From: Balanoglossus misakiensis
Lineage: Eukaryota > Animalia > Hemichordata
DNA: 64,000 nucleotides
Reading direction: 5' to 3'
Assembly (NCBI GenBank): GCA_040954595.2
Contig: CM082579.2
Span: 7,553,625-7,617,624 of the forward strand
Position 1 is the stretch's first letter, and every line of letters begins with the position of its first letter. This document shows, piece by piece, positions 33,523 to 45,658 of this stretch. The notes below the pieces were generated by a model. That model was not told where the DNA came from. It was given only the letters and a program-made list of their open reading frames with translations, and did no database searches. The position numbers and the translations under genes are program-made.

Positions 33523-36500
33523 TATATCGACACCAAATGTGAACTAAAACATATCTGAAACACTCAACTTGTACAGTTAATACTTGTCCACCTCAACCAA
33601 CCTCGGCAGCCCACAATGGAGTCAACATCTAATGCGTACCTTGTCTCCTAATTATCGTTTTGAATGGAGTTTGGCTTTTGTTTCAAACAACATTGGGTAG
33701 TTCAACTGCAGGAAATGTAGGGGTGTGGGAATGTTTTTTGGTTTTGACATTCATCAAGAACTGGGTGAAAATTGCGGCTAAATGGACACACCACAGTATT
33801 TCAGAAATTGTCTTCAGTTTAGTTGTACAACTACACTAAGTATTCATTCTGTGTTTGAGTCGTTAGCATTAACTTATTTATTTTTTACATTCCTAACAAT
33901 GACATCTTGATAAACTCTACACCAAGCCTTCATGGTTCTTTTTTCTTTCAGAAAAAACTGTTTCTGAAACTAGTTAAACTTCTGCCAAGTATTTGAAGTT
34001 GCTACAGTTTTGAACATGTTCTAGATGTAGTTATTGTGCTATTTTAAGAGATTAAGTGGTGGCGTTATAATGGTGTCGTCGTATGCTGTGCACGTTTTTG
34101 CTCTATTTTAACAGAATTTTGCAAAGGGTTTCTGGTGTTTTTTCTTAAACATTTCAATACTCTTTTGTTTACACATGTCAATAGTTGAGAATTTTGACAC
34201 GAGTCCCTTAACCGTGGTCAGTATTCGGATGTAATTTATTCTTAGACTACAACAAAAAAAGATTGAATTGTCTGTCCCTAATGAACTAGCATCGTCGGGA
34301 AAGTGGTTTCAAACTATCAGTTTATCATATGCTTGGGAAAAGGACTTTTGATAACCGAGTGGTGTGGTTAAATTAAAATAAAATGCTAACAAAAATTGTT
34401 TACGTAATCAGTGGGCAGTATTTTGCTTATGAAAAAAATGCTTGTTGTATAACTTAACCTTGTCTTTGTACATAATGTTTTTACCATATCTCTGTCGTGT
34501 TGACGTTGCAACTTCAAAATTTATAATCTCTGCACAGCAATATCTGATTTTGTTCAACAATTTTCACTGCAAATCTGTTTAGTAGTTCGTCCGTAAGTGG
34601 AATTTTGTAGACCTTTCTTATTGCGATTTATTTTTGTGAGCAGCTACAGGAAAAAATGGGGGGTAGAATGACAATTTTAATCAGGCATGTCAGTGCCCCC
34701 CCCCCCCATAAACAATTTTGATATCACTTAATTGTGAGATTTTCTTTCAAAGGGGAGGAGGTGGGAGGATCAATTCACTCCTTCCCACATCCACGTTATG
34801 ATGCTGCTGGTCAATATCTCAGGATTGTAGAAGAAAACGAGTAATATTTAGAATGAACTTAGAATTTCTGCCATTATTGTGTCACACAGATATCCGTTTT
34901 TACCACCCATGTGCTTAGTGTTTAAGTATTATTATGCACAATGTGTATACCATTTCATTTTTTCTTGCATAGCCGTGCGTACACACCAACTTTCAGATTT
35001 TTTCTGATACACAATGCACCTACCATTGCCACTTTTTTTTTCTCTTCTGCTGAAAACTTTTTGAGTAGGCTAGGTAGCAACTGTTAAATGTTATTTTATT
35101 GAATAGAAACTTGTTTTTTGAGTCTATGGAATATGTTTATTTTTTTCTTTTTGTTTAACTCTCAAATAAAGGTATTTTGTAAAATAGGAGCCTGTTTGGT
35201 TAGTTGAAGTCTGTTATGTGGTATGTTCTCCTTGGCATCTTCCAGTTTTGTATTCAAGAAAAGCATTTACTATTGTGAGGAAATTGTTGACCGTACTGAT
35301 GAGAGATTGACCATGGTTCTGCCCACGTGGTGGACAGTGCTGCCAGCAGGCACTTTAGCCATTGAAAGGACAATGCTATTACAGGCGTAATTCAAATCAC
35401 TCGCTAATACATGTAGTATTAAAATGGGAAACTACATGAGCACTGGGGAGGGGGGGGGGGGGATGTCGCTGTTTGAACTTTGGTCGTTGGTGGCGCTAGA
35501 TGGCATGCAGATTATACACACTGGGTATGAAGCTGTACTGTGAATTGTCTTTCAAAAGGGACATTTTTAACAGTTACCAAACATGCATATATCAAGTGGC
35601 CCAACAGTGCACTTTCCTTAACTTTTAGTTCAGATTGTAAATTTATATAAATTGTGTTAGATACTAACTTAATTGCCAAATTCTCCCTCGTCTCCATAGT
35701 TTGATTTTCAGGTATGAGTATTCATAACGTAGGAAATACAAAATCCATGGACGCTCCCATACAAACACATAAGTGGCAAAAAAAGGAAGTTTAAACGTCA
35801 AGGTGTATTTCATATCATTTTCCTTTATTTTTGAGAGAATATAAATGAATATAGATACAAATTGTACTATGAAAGTTAAATATGTTAAAAATATTATATA
35901 AGGTGATCCGTCTTTCAGGGTATTTTGTTTTATCGTTTGTGGATTTCTGCAGCTTTAAAAATGGAGAGAGTATTTGAGTTTTTTTTACACAAGAAATTAC
36001 TTCGGTCTCACCTAAGTTGATGTCTAAGAAACACTGAAAAAAATTGTACAAAAATACATTTTAACAGATGAGTAAATGTATCTAAATATAAATGTATCTA
36101 CGGCTACTAAAACATGATCAGCAGAGAGTAGTGTAAATATGCATAATATGAAAAAGTATAGGTAAAGCTAGGAATAAATATTGACCAGCTAAAGTTATAA
36201 ATCAGAAAAAAATCTAACTATCGAATATGATAGATTTCATGATATGCACTAGTTTCTATCATGGGGATAAAAAAACGTCAATTACAGTATAGCACCAAAA
36301 TATGTTTCTGTTTGAAAAAGGTCTAAGCACCATTTCCAATACTTGCGTAAGTACACTTGAGATACCTGTGATTTCAACATCTTTTAGACATGGTGTCATT
36401 ATGATCAAATATCTGCTGATATTACAGAGAGTTTTTATTCTTCTTTTTCAAACAAAGGTGTAATGGAGATTGTCAAATGCCTTCTCTAGTTCTGAAAAAT

Positions 36501-36684
36501 CTAGTAGTGTTTTTAATCTTTCAGAAATTGAACTGTAGTTGAAAAGGAACTTTCCCTGATTGTTGACACAGTTATTGGTATCTTCTCTGGATTCTTGCCA
36601 TTTTGAAATAACTTGACATCCGCGCTATGATATGGTAAACTTTCTGTGCTAAGTAAGAGAGGTCTGGTCTTCACAGGTCAAGAA

Positions 36685-37937
36685 TTAAAACACACAGGCT
36701 ATATCTTCACTGTGGCTCTTGGTTTTGCATTCTGGAAAGTGAAAGGGGAAAAATTAAAATAATGGCATACATACACACACCCGCACCTCGGAATATTGCC
36801 CACATGGCTGTGAAATGGGGACTTTTTGCCAACAGCAGGGACAGTGAACATTCTTGTCAGCCATATAACCCATATGATTTACAGTGATTGTTCACAGAGC
36901 TTTGATCAGTTGCTCTCCAGTCTTGTAAAGTGAGTGCAGTAAAAAAAGGGAAACAATTTGCATGGCAGATACTGCCAGGGACTTTTCACGTAAAACAAAA
37001 CTTAAACTGGTGAAACTTTGGCACTGGTAAACCAAATTAAATTACTGCACTGCACTCGCTAGCTCTAAGAAATGAAGATAACTAGTGCACTCTTACTTTT
37101 GTTACAGTGTTTGCCATAGTAACCGGTTCCACTGCACTGGCAGGTGTATTCCTTATGTTTCAACTGTAGGCAGACTCCTCCGTTTTTACAAGGATTGGAC
37201 TCACAGACATCACCTACAGGTACAGGGATATTTCATTAGTTTAAAACAGAACAGCCAGATGGCCATGTCTTCAGCTGCAATAATGTGATTAGCACACACA
37301 ACACAGCGATGTTCGTAATGATGTACACGTAATCAGGTCTTGTTAACCTCTCTCCGCTTCTCTCCACCCAACAGTGATGGATAACACAATTTATGTGCAT
37401 TTAGCTCAGTTGCAGCTGGAGGCTGACCATATCACTTAGCCATTTGTCCTACCAGAGAAATGACCAACAGTTTACTCAACAGTACAGTTCAAAATTTGTT
37501 TTTATGAATGGTTTACAACTTACCATACATATCCTTGACACACTGGTCATTATTTTCATACTGGAATGGGCTTTCACAGGCTGTGACGGTGGAACACACG
37601 CACATTTTGCCCTGCACCTTGCATCCCGACCATTGTTTGTCACAGTCCTTTGTAGTTGCTGACCGACACAAACACCAATGCGAGGGAAAGGAGAGAGAAT
37701 TTTTGGAGACAAGGAGTTACACATCACTTGTCTATTCACATGAAATCATATCAGCGTGTAAGCATTCATGTGCTATAACTGTGTCCATTTAAAATTGGTG
37801 ACCTGGTTTGCATGAGTCCAGGCATTTGAGTTTCTTCAATCACATCAGCACACTGTGACACCAAACTCACCTGCTGATACTGCTACTACGACCACTACCA
37901 GAAAGGTGATTGCTTTTACAGCAGAATTCATTTTCAT
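36685..37937 (-). CDS. Uncharacterised small secreted Cys-rich protein: signal peptide + 6-Cys module + EGF-like domain + 2-Cys tail (121 aa)
   Basis: Exons 37937-37871, 37658-37524, 37213-37097, 36731-36685, joined by three phase-1 GT-AG introns. Translation MKMNSAVKAITFLVVVVVAVSA|ATTKDCDKQWSGCKVQGKMCVCSTVTACESPFQYENNDQCVKDMY|GDVCESNPCKNGGVCLQLKHKEYTCQCSGTGYYGKHCNK|KCKTKSHSEDIACVF*. Strong acceptor before 37941; minus-strand AATAAA at 35829-35824. Confidence 0.9.
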
Positions 37938-40305
37938 TTACCTGCAAAAAAAAAGAAATTCACAATTGGAAAGATTCACAAGTACTGCAATTATCAAAGT
38001 CAGAGAATATACTTCTTACATTACAAACTTTTTTGTTAAAAAATGCACTGAACTTTACCACAAATGATCAAAAATTTCTCTACAGACTACCAGTAGTAAG
38101 ATACTTAATAGACTGCCACCGTAGTTTCATGCACTGCCTGGTTCTTCAGTCAAAACAGAAGGCTGCAACAAAGTTCAAGGCCGAAAAGGCAAAAGCTGGT
38201 CTCACTACGTCACTTCTTTGTCTGTGTTTACAAATCATGTTCTTTGCAGGACTGCCTCTCTCAATCAATAGAATTGAGTTTGCCAGTTATAACAGAAACA
38301 GGAAATAGCAAGAAACCACACAAGAGTGCTTGGACCATTCTGTTCTGATCAATGTCTCATACACTTCCTAATGCATTTTATGTATGGAATTGGTGATTGT
38401 CAATTGTACAGCAGGCGACAGTATGGCCCATCTACTGATTTGTTACTTTCTTGAACCATATCAAAAGATGAGAAACAAAAAAAATTGCAACATAAAACTC
38501 GACATAAAACAAACTGATATAAATCAAAAACTACTACTTTTTACGTTCATGATTCTCTACCAATGTATGTTTCGCGGTCGTTAACATGAAAAGTGCTAAA
38601 TTTCCCTACTGAAAAAAACAATCAGAAACCCATACTTTGGAACTTTTAAGGATTGTTTTATATAAATGTCAAGTGGCCGGCACTCCTTAATTTTGCAGTG
38701 ACCTCACTCAATAATGTAAACAAACTTTTTTGACCTACATGGTAACACATAACAAGTTCATTGAGTTGAGGGGCACCTGAAGTGTAGAGTTCAACATTCT
38801 TGAGCTGCTTAACTTGCAGAAGAAACTTTTCATTGGCAATTCAATCAACAGACAGTATAGTAAAAGCCAAACGTTGACATATGATTGATAATTTCAATTG
38901 GGATTTCTTTCAATACTTCTCGTCAAGTTGACCATGAACTTGTCTCAAGCATCTGAATACAATTTGCACTTTGGCTGTTATTGACCCTTCTGGTATGTCG
39001 ACCCATTGTGTACTGTGTAGCATTGTTCCAATATCAACCTGCAAGTGCATTGCAAATGCAAAGCACTTGCTGATTGCAAATTTCAAAAAGTCAACTTTCC
39101 AAAGAGAAAGTTGCGTGCTATCTATGAAACGGTATACTGCAAGGAAAGAACAGCAATCTATGGCCTCTCCCTGTGGATATTATACACACAAGTTCCATTC
39201 CTAACCTAATTATGGCCCCCAACCCATACGTCGGTGACCCAAGAATTCCTGAAGAAAGTTTACACTCAAAGCTCAGCACACCGCCAGCTTCGACTTTTCG
39301 TCGGCCACAAGTGATCAATCCGTTCCTATTTCATATTTATGCACTTTCGATATCAGTTCATCACAAGTCACCAAGAAGGTACTTACAATATTCTGCAAAT
39401 GGTAACGGAGGAGATCACAGGACCGGTTTAATATCACAAACGTCCAACTCCTTTCTCAGTTCTCAAGTCCCAGGACACGACTGCACTGTATGTAAATATA
39501 TGCACGAACTTTGTACAAAGTAGACTCCCGAAGCTTGTGCAAAAAAGGGGTATTTGATTGCTTAAGACATTTCAACAAACTCCTATGAAATAAATGTTTG
39601 TGTGATCACGAGATAATCAATGTTTGACATTTATTACTATGAAAAGATGTTAACAAAAGTGTAAGGGTGCTGATTCGTGATACACTGTAATTTTATCATC
39701 ACCTGCTTGAGTTATAATCGATGGGGAAATATTTCAGATTCGAGACACCACGAAGAATCTGGCCTTGTGAACGATACTACATATTTTATATGGCTTAGGT
39801 AGTCTTAAATACATTTTAAAACAGAGAATATTATTGGCTTATTCTCCGGAATCGCCCTTACACATAACCAATCAGGTAATCTGTAAATAAGTCACAAGAA
39901 GGCACAGGGATTTCCACGCGACAGCCAGATCCACGCGGCGTGAGTAGTTCCTGATTTTCTAAGTCAATTTTGTATCCGTTACGAGAGTATTGTGTGCAAG
40001 ACCACACCTGTAAAAGGTAAATTAAATGCAGGTGCTTGATCTGTGATATCGTTCATGTAATGATCGCCACGACAGACATTCTATGAGCAGCAAGTATATT
40101 TCGGCCATCGTGGTGGTACCACTACCACTACGTGGTCATGATGCCTGATGGTGGAAAATTAGTGTCTGAAAGTTCAGACGATGCACTGATTCAAAGGCAC
40201 TGTCGAAGTCGGGTTTCGACACCGACAGTGCTCTGATATTGGTAGTATTCATTGCAAAGCATTTGCAGTTTTTCTGAACCCGAACTAACAAGGTACACTT
40301 ACTTG

Positions 40306-40327
40306 CCCCCCCCCCCCCCCCCCCCCC
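40306..40327. repeat. Poly-C/G homopolymer (about 22 nt)
   Basis: Directly visible; lies just inside a candidate minus-strand non-coding exon whose donor GTAAGT begins at 40302. Confidence 0.9.
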
Positions 40328-43300
40328 TTGCAGTCTCAGTCACAGCATGGACGTAAAAAGAGACAGGTATGCCCTAGCTGCAATGATTGTAGTGGATGCT
40401 GCCAGGTTGACTGGTGCCTGTGGTGCTGCGAACGCCGATCAACCTAGCAGCAACCGCTACACTCTGAATCATTGCAGCCAGGTGCGCCGCATACATAGGT
40501 TGGGTGGTTACAAAAGTTAACAACATAATGTCTTCAGCATCAAGCTCAAAGTCAATGTTGTTAGATCTATCCATTGTCTAGTACAGCTAGATACTAGGCT
40601 GATCTAACCATTGCCTTGTGTTCCCTTCTAGCACACAGCTGAACAGTTAGTAAGCAATGATCAGACTGGTACCAGGCAGCGGTAAAGATGGCGAAAAGGT
40701 TGACCCAGACGCAGCCAAACGACTACAGCGCAAATCAGTGTGGATATCCGTGAAAATCTTTGCTGTAACTGTGGCCGCTCTCCGACTAAGTAAGAATAAA
40801 TTTCACAAATAATGGTGGTTTTGCTCGCAGGGTTTTCGGAAGAGTTTAATTATACTTTAGAATGATGACATTAGGTATGCGTCACTCTATACCATGAACT
40901 CTTCATTTGCAATTTGGTTAAGATGTTCTGTTTGCACATATTTGCCATCTAGATTCCCAACAATTACTGTTGCCATGGAATCCTGGATCTTCCTACAGTG
41001 TGCTACAATAAAAAACAATGAAGGTCAATTAACTTCTAGCTTTCACCCTACAGCTAGATTGTCAGTCTCCTTCATACAATGATCAGATGCATTTTGATGG
41101 TCTGAGAAACTTATGTCCCTGAAATATTGTGCTCCATTTTGTTGATATTCATTGTATCTCATCTTGTTCTTATTTTTTTCCCTTGCAGCACCAATCCTGA
41201 TTGCAAGACTATCAGAATAGTTGTCCCCATGACAGTAGCGTGACTGAGACAGACTTGACATCATTCATCATGTCCTCCAGACATCTCTGTCATCATGTCG
41301 GCATAGCAACAGCGGTGGGCATTGCGCGAACATATCCGCTGATAAACCAAGAAGAAATCTCAGATGCTGATATTTTGGACTTGATAGAGAAGAAAACATG
41401 AGAAATTCTATCAGTTGTTTTATTTTCCGTTATGAGTTGTTTTTACCCGAGTACATTTTGTTCATATTGTATAAATTATGGAAAGTCAATAATTTTCTTT
41501 CCTTAAATTAATGTGAAATACTTTAATGTGTTTTAGCTTGTTCTCTGACCAAGTTTCAACTGTGCAACACTGATAGGACAATTCACATCCCCCAGACAGC
41601 TGGTAGCACAATGTACAATTTGTGGACTTGCATTTTCTCAGGCAAACATTGTATGCATGATCTACCAGATCACGATTTTTTCAAAAATCCCAAACCTTAC
41701 TCTCTGCCAGACTTTTCTCTGTCTGTTATCTGTGCTGTGTTAAATATAAATAAATTTTTATTTGAATTTTCAGAAGTTATGTAATAAAAAAGAACAGATG
41801 AGTTGATCCAAAGTTGTCTCCTATCTTGAGTGGGCAGTTTCAGTTCTGAAATGTCAGTTGATTGTATTTTCATCTGTGAAGCGAATATGCAAATGTCATG
41901 CAACAGAATACAAGACTCAAATAAAGCTTTTTCTCAGACAAAGACCCCAAATTCACTAGTAACTTACCTGTTTTACATTTTCTGCATAATTTACAAAGTA
42001 GCAGACTGGTATTAGCATGAAAATTGTGCAAATTTGCTTGACAAGATCATTCCAAATTGTATGCAGATTCCATGACAATTCTATTGCTTTTCCAGCCTTT
42101 ATGAAATTCCCTGAATCACAGCCAATTGTGGGAAAGAGTCACAATTGAATTAGCATGTGCAGCAATGTGCCACCTGGTCACTGGCTAGTTTGAACAAAGA
42201 CCCACTGTTGGTATTTGTCTTTCATTTCATGGAAAACCTTCAACACTACTATTTATACTGGCGAGTGTGAACAAAAGGCTAATGATGCAAGAGGGGTCAC
42301 ACATTGTTATGGCAGTTCTATGAATTACAGCACCTGGTGAATTGAGAGAATGGTCCATGCATCAAATATTGTCACATTAATTCAGACTTGCAATGGAAGC
42401 ACTGATTGGGTCCTTGCATCAAGTAAATGTCACAGTAATTCTGACTTGGAACCACTGATTGGTACAGTGGGTTGGGGGTGTGAATTCCGAATGCCAGGTG
42501 TGGAGCCGTCTCAATTATTCCGGTGCCGGGGAATGTATTGTGCTCAGTGATAGTGATTTCACTTCAGACAGTTCAACCGACAGAGTTGAACGGGAAACCG
42601 CATGCTCCTAATGCTGTGGGCGTGTGATGCACACAGAGGCACAGAACTGTTCCACGGCAAGTGCCAAATTCAGATGAATGTTACAGGGCTGCATGGTGAC
42701 CACGGGATTGACTGGTATGTGATTGACTTCTGTGAATTACTGGTGTTTTCAGGTAAGCCATTGAGTATTGGTAGTCAGAATGATAGTTGTACATAATTTC
42801 GCCACACTGTGTTTGAATGGGTCAGTATTCATAAGGATGGCAACAATATCCTGTCTGACCATGGAGGCCATAATTTGACCTGGAAAGCATGGTTAGTTGG
42901 TGAACAGCCCCCATACAAGTAATCGCATGAAAGTGGTAGGATGACATTGCAACTGTGTGATTTCCTGGGTGAAACAAATCCTAGTGTAATATAACAAACA
43001 TGACTTTTTGGAAAAATAAGTCCATTTATCCGATTCAAATCTATTTTCCAAGTCTCAGTTTTCTATAAATAATTTCTACTTCTACTGCTAGTTATCAATT
43101 ATACAGTAGTTGACTCGGTTCATATTGCAAGCTTTGGCGTATTGCCTTTCAATTTCATCATGAGGAAACTCTTTGAGGTCAAAAAACTTCATGACTATGC
43201 AGTTAGAACAAAGGTTTGTGATCAACTGCATTCTGGTTGAGACGAACTTGTCTGTGGATGCACAGGCTGCTGTGAATAACTGGCAAATTGCTGCTATATG

Positions 43301-45658
43301 AGTGTTCCCTCTAAGGTGTTTTTTTTTTTTTTTTCTCTGAAAGTACAGTGACTGACATATTGGCCAGAGTGTAAAATTTCACATTAGCTTTGCATATGTC
43401 CACATAAGGTAAAATTAGGTATGGTATGTTCTGATTCTGAACACAAATCCAGGCAGTGTTGAGATTTCTCGGGTGACTTTCAAACCAGAAAGTCTGAAGT
43501 TGGATACACAAGCCAACACCAGTGATGATAGGATATTTCTTTATACCTTTACCTTCAACTGCATTTTATAGTCTGTTAAAGGAATCCGTGTTTATAGTGA
43601 CCACACAACACTTTTAATTATACAGTGTGCCAACACTCATTTGTTTGTGGCCCTGTAAGATGAAATTATTCTTGGCATGATTCTACAACCTGATGATCAT
43701 GCATTGTGAACTTGATACACACATCTTTGTGAAAAATTAACAACTTCAAGACTGCAGTACACTGGTATTGGCAAGTCATGTTGTATATTGTAAGCAACCT
43801 ATAAGGTGTTTCTTTTCTCAAAAGTATTGTATTGTTCTTGTCAACTATTGACATCCATCCTCTTTCTCTTGCAATGGGCAGCTGAATAATCGGTTGCAAC
43901 ACTGTTTTATTATTTAAATTGTTCTTAGGGGTGGTTTTGTTCTGGCATGCAAGGTTTTAATGGCAGAATTGTATTTTTCGTTGAAACTGTAATCTCCACA
44001 TTCTCCTTATCTGGACCTGGTCCAGCCATGTTTTGTAACTGATGTACCAGTGGCATCTCCAAGACAGTTGCATCGTCCAGTCTGCACGGCTTGGCTAGCT
44101 TGTTCCGGGTGTGTGTTCAGGGAGGTCCCCTGCCCGAAGATACCTTGGCCGAGTAAGACAGTTCGGGCTGATTATCCACTCAGCCTTCTTTTAGTGGTGC
44201 CGGTGTTGGTGTGTGTCAATATACATTCAATCATTTCAAGGGAGTTAACTGCATATATCTAGGGACTCTCAGATTGCCAAAATTTGAAATGCAAAATTCA
44301 TCAGTTGAGGGGTTGGTTGGTTAGAGCCAATATAATTTATAGTAAACTAGTTTCAGTGACAAGGGTTCTAGATTGTCATAAACCTTAAACTTGCAATTTC
44401 ACCATTTATGTAGTGGATATTTTTGAAATGCAAATATTTCATGTCAACAGTATATGAAGTACACAAATTTTTTGTCACGATTTCATAATATCATGGCGGC
44501 TGTCTCTCATTCCACACCGTGCTATTTGGTCCACTGTATAAGAGCATGCATCATGTAGGTTTAAGTCAAATGTCTTTTCTGAGACAGTCCCTAAATTAAT
44601 TTTGAGGTCACTAGCACACATTAGCACATGAACCCTGAATGCAGCAAACAGACAAGGGTACGGACACTTGTTATCTTCGCACAGATTCATGTGCAATTTT
44701 TAACATCTTTGAGCTCCAAATCTTCCCCAGTTGTACATGTAATGTTGGTCTTTTATCCACTCGCAAAAGAACCCACAAACAGACCGACAACAATTTTCTC
44801 ACTTTTCTCTATCATCCAGACACATTCTCCCTCCAAGTTCACTAGCAACTTTCATCTTGTCAAGGGGACGGGGGAAGTTAACCCCATACAAACATCTAAG
44901 CTCTCTCAATTTTGTCAATTCAGGCCTAAAAATCTGCACCAGAGCTCAGAGGAGTGTAGGGAGTCAACAACGAAAGCAAACTGCAACAAATGCATTGACA
45001 ATTAAAATTGGAAAAGTGCACACATTTATTAGGGTTATGCTTATCATGTATAAGTAGGAAATAAGCTCTTTCATGTGCCTTTTTTGTACAGTGATTTCAT
45101 TGAAGAATTCCCAGGTTTTTTTTCTCTTTTTTCAAATATTATTATTTATATATTAGAACCTGCATGATTTCATTTTCCCTATCATTCAATATTATAAACT
45201 TTTTTTTGACACAAACATGGACAGCTACCACTTTTTTAAAATGAAAAAAAAGGAAAGAATTGTACAGTACAATTTTCGACTACTCGCTAAAAGTCTACAT
45301 GTCTTTGAAAAGAAGGAGACAAACAAGAATTGTTAAGTATGCAATGGTCTATGATTCTGCCATGAAAAAACGGAAAAACATTTCTCAAGGCTTAGCTATA
45401 CAAATTATATATTAAATGACACAAGAGTTTACATGTACATACAATCTACAAAAATCAGTCTTGTGGTACATCAGGTTGTCTCCTGACATTTAATATTACC
45501 TACGACTTGTACAGATACCACAAGGAAAAATATAAAATAAAATGTTAATAAAACAGCTCTTCTTTCAAATTTTTTTCAAGATTTCTTCTTCTTTGGAAAA
45601 AAAATGTGGAAAGGAAAAAAAATATGACTTGGACCAACTGTCACTTCTATTCTGTGTA

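Noticed and set aside
41330-41401. Crypton-like N-terminal peptide (EEISDADILDLIEKKT)
   Set aside because: Too short, and no tyrosine-recombinase sequence follows.
35800-45000. A 10-kb extended CBP 3' UTR
   Set aside because: CBP has a proximal poly(A) signal at 45030, and the distal signal at 35829 is better explained by the secreted-protein gene.
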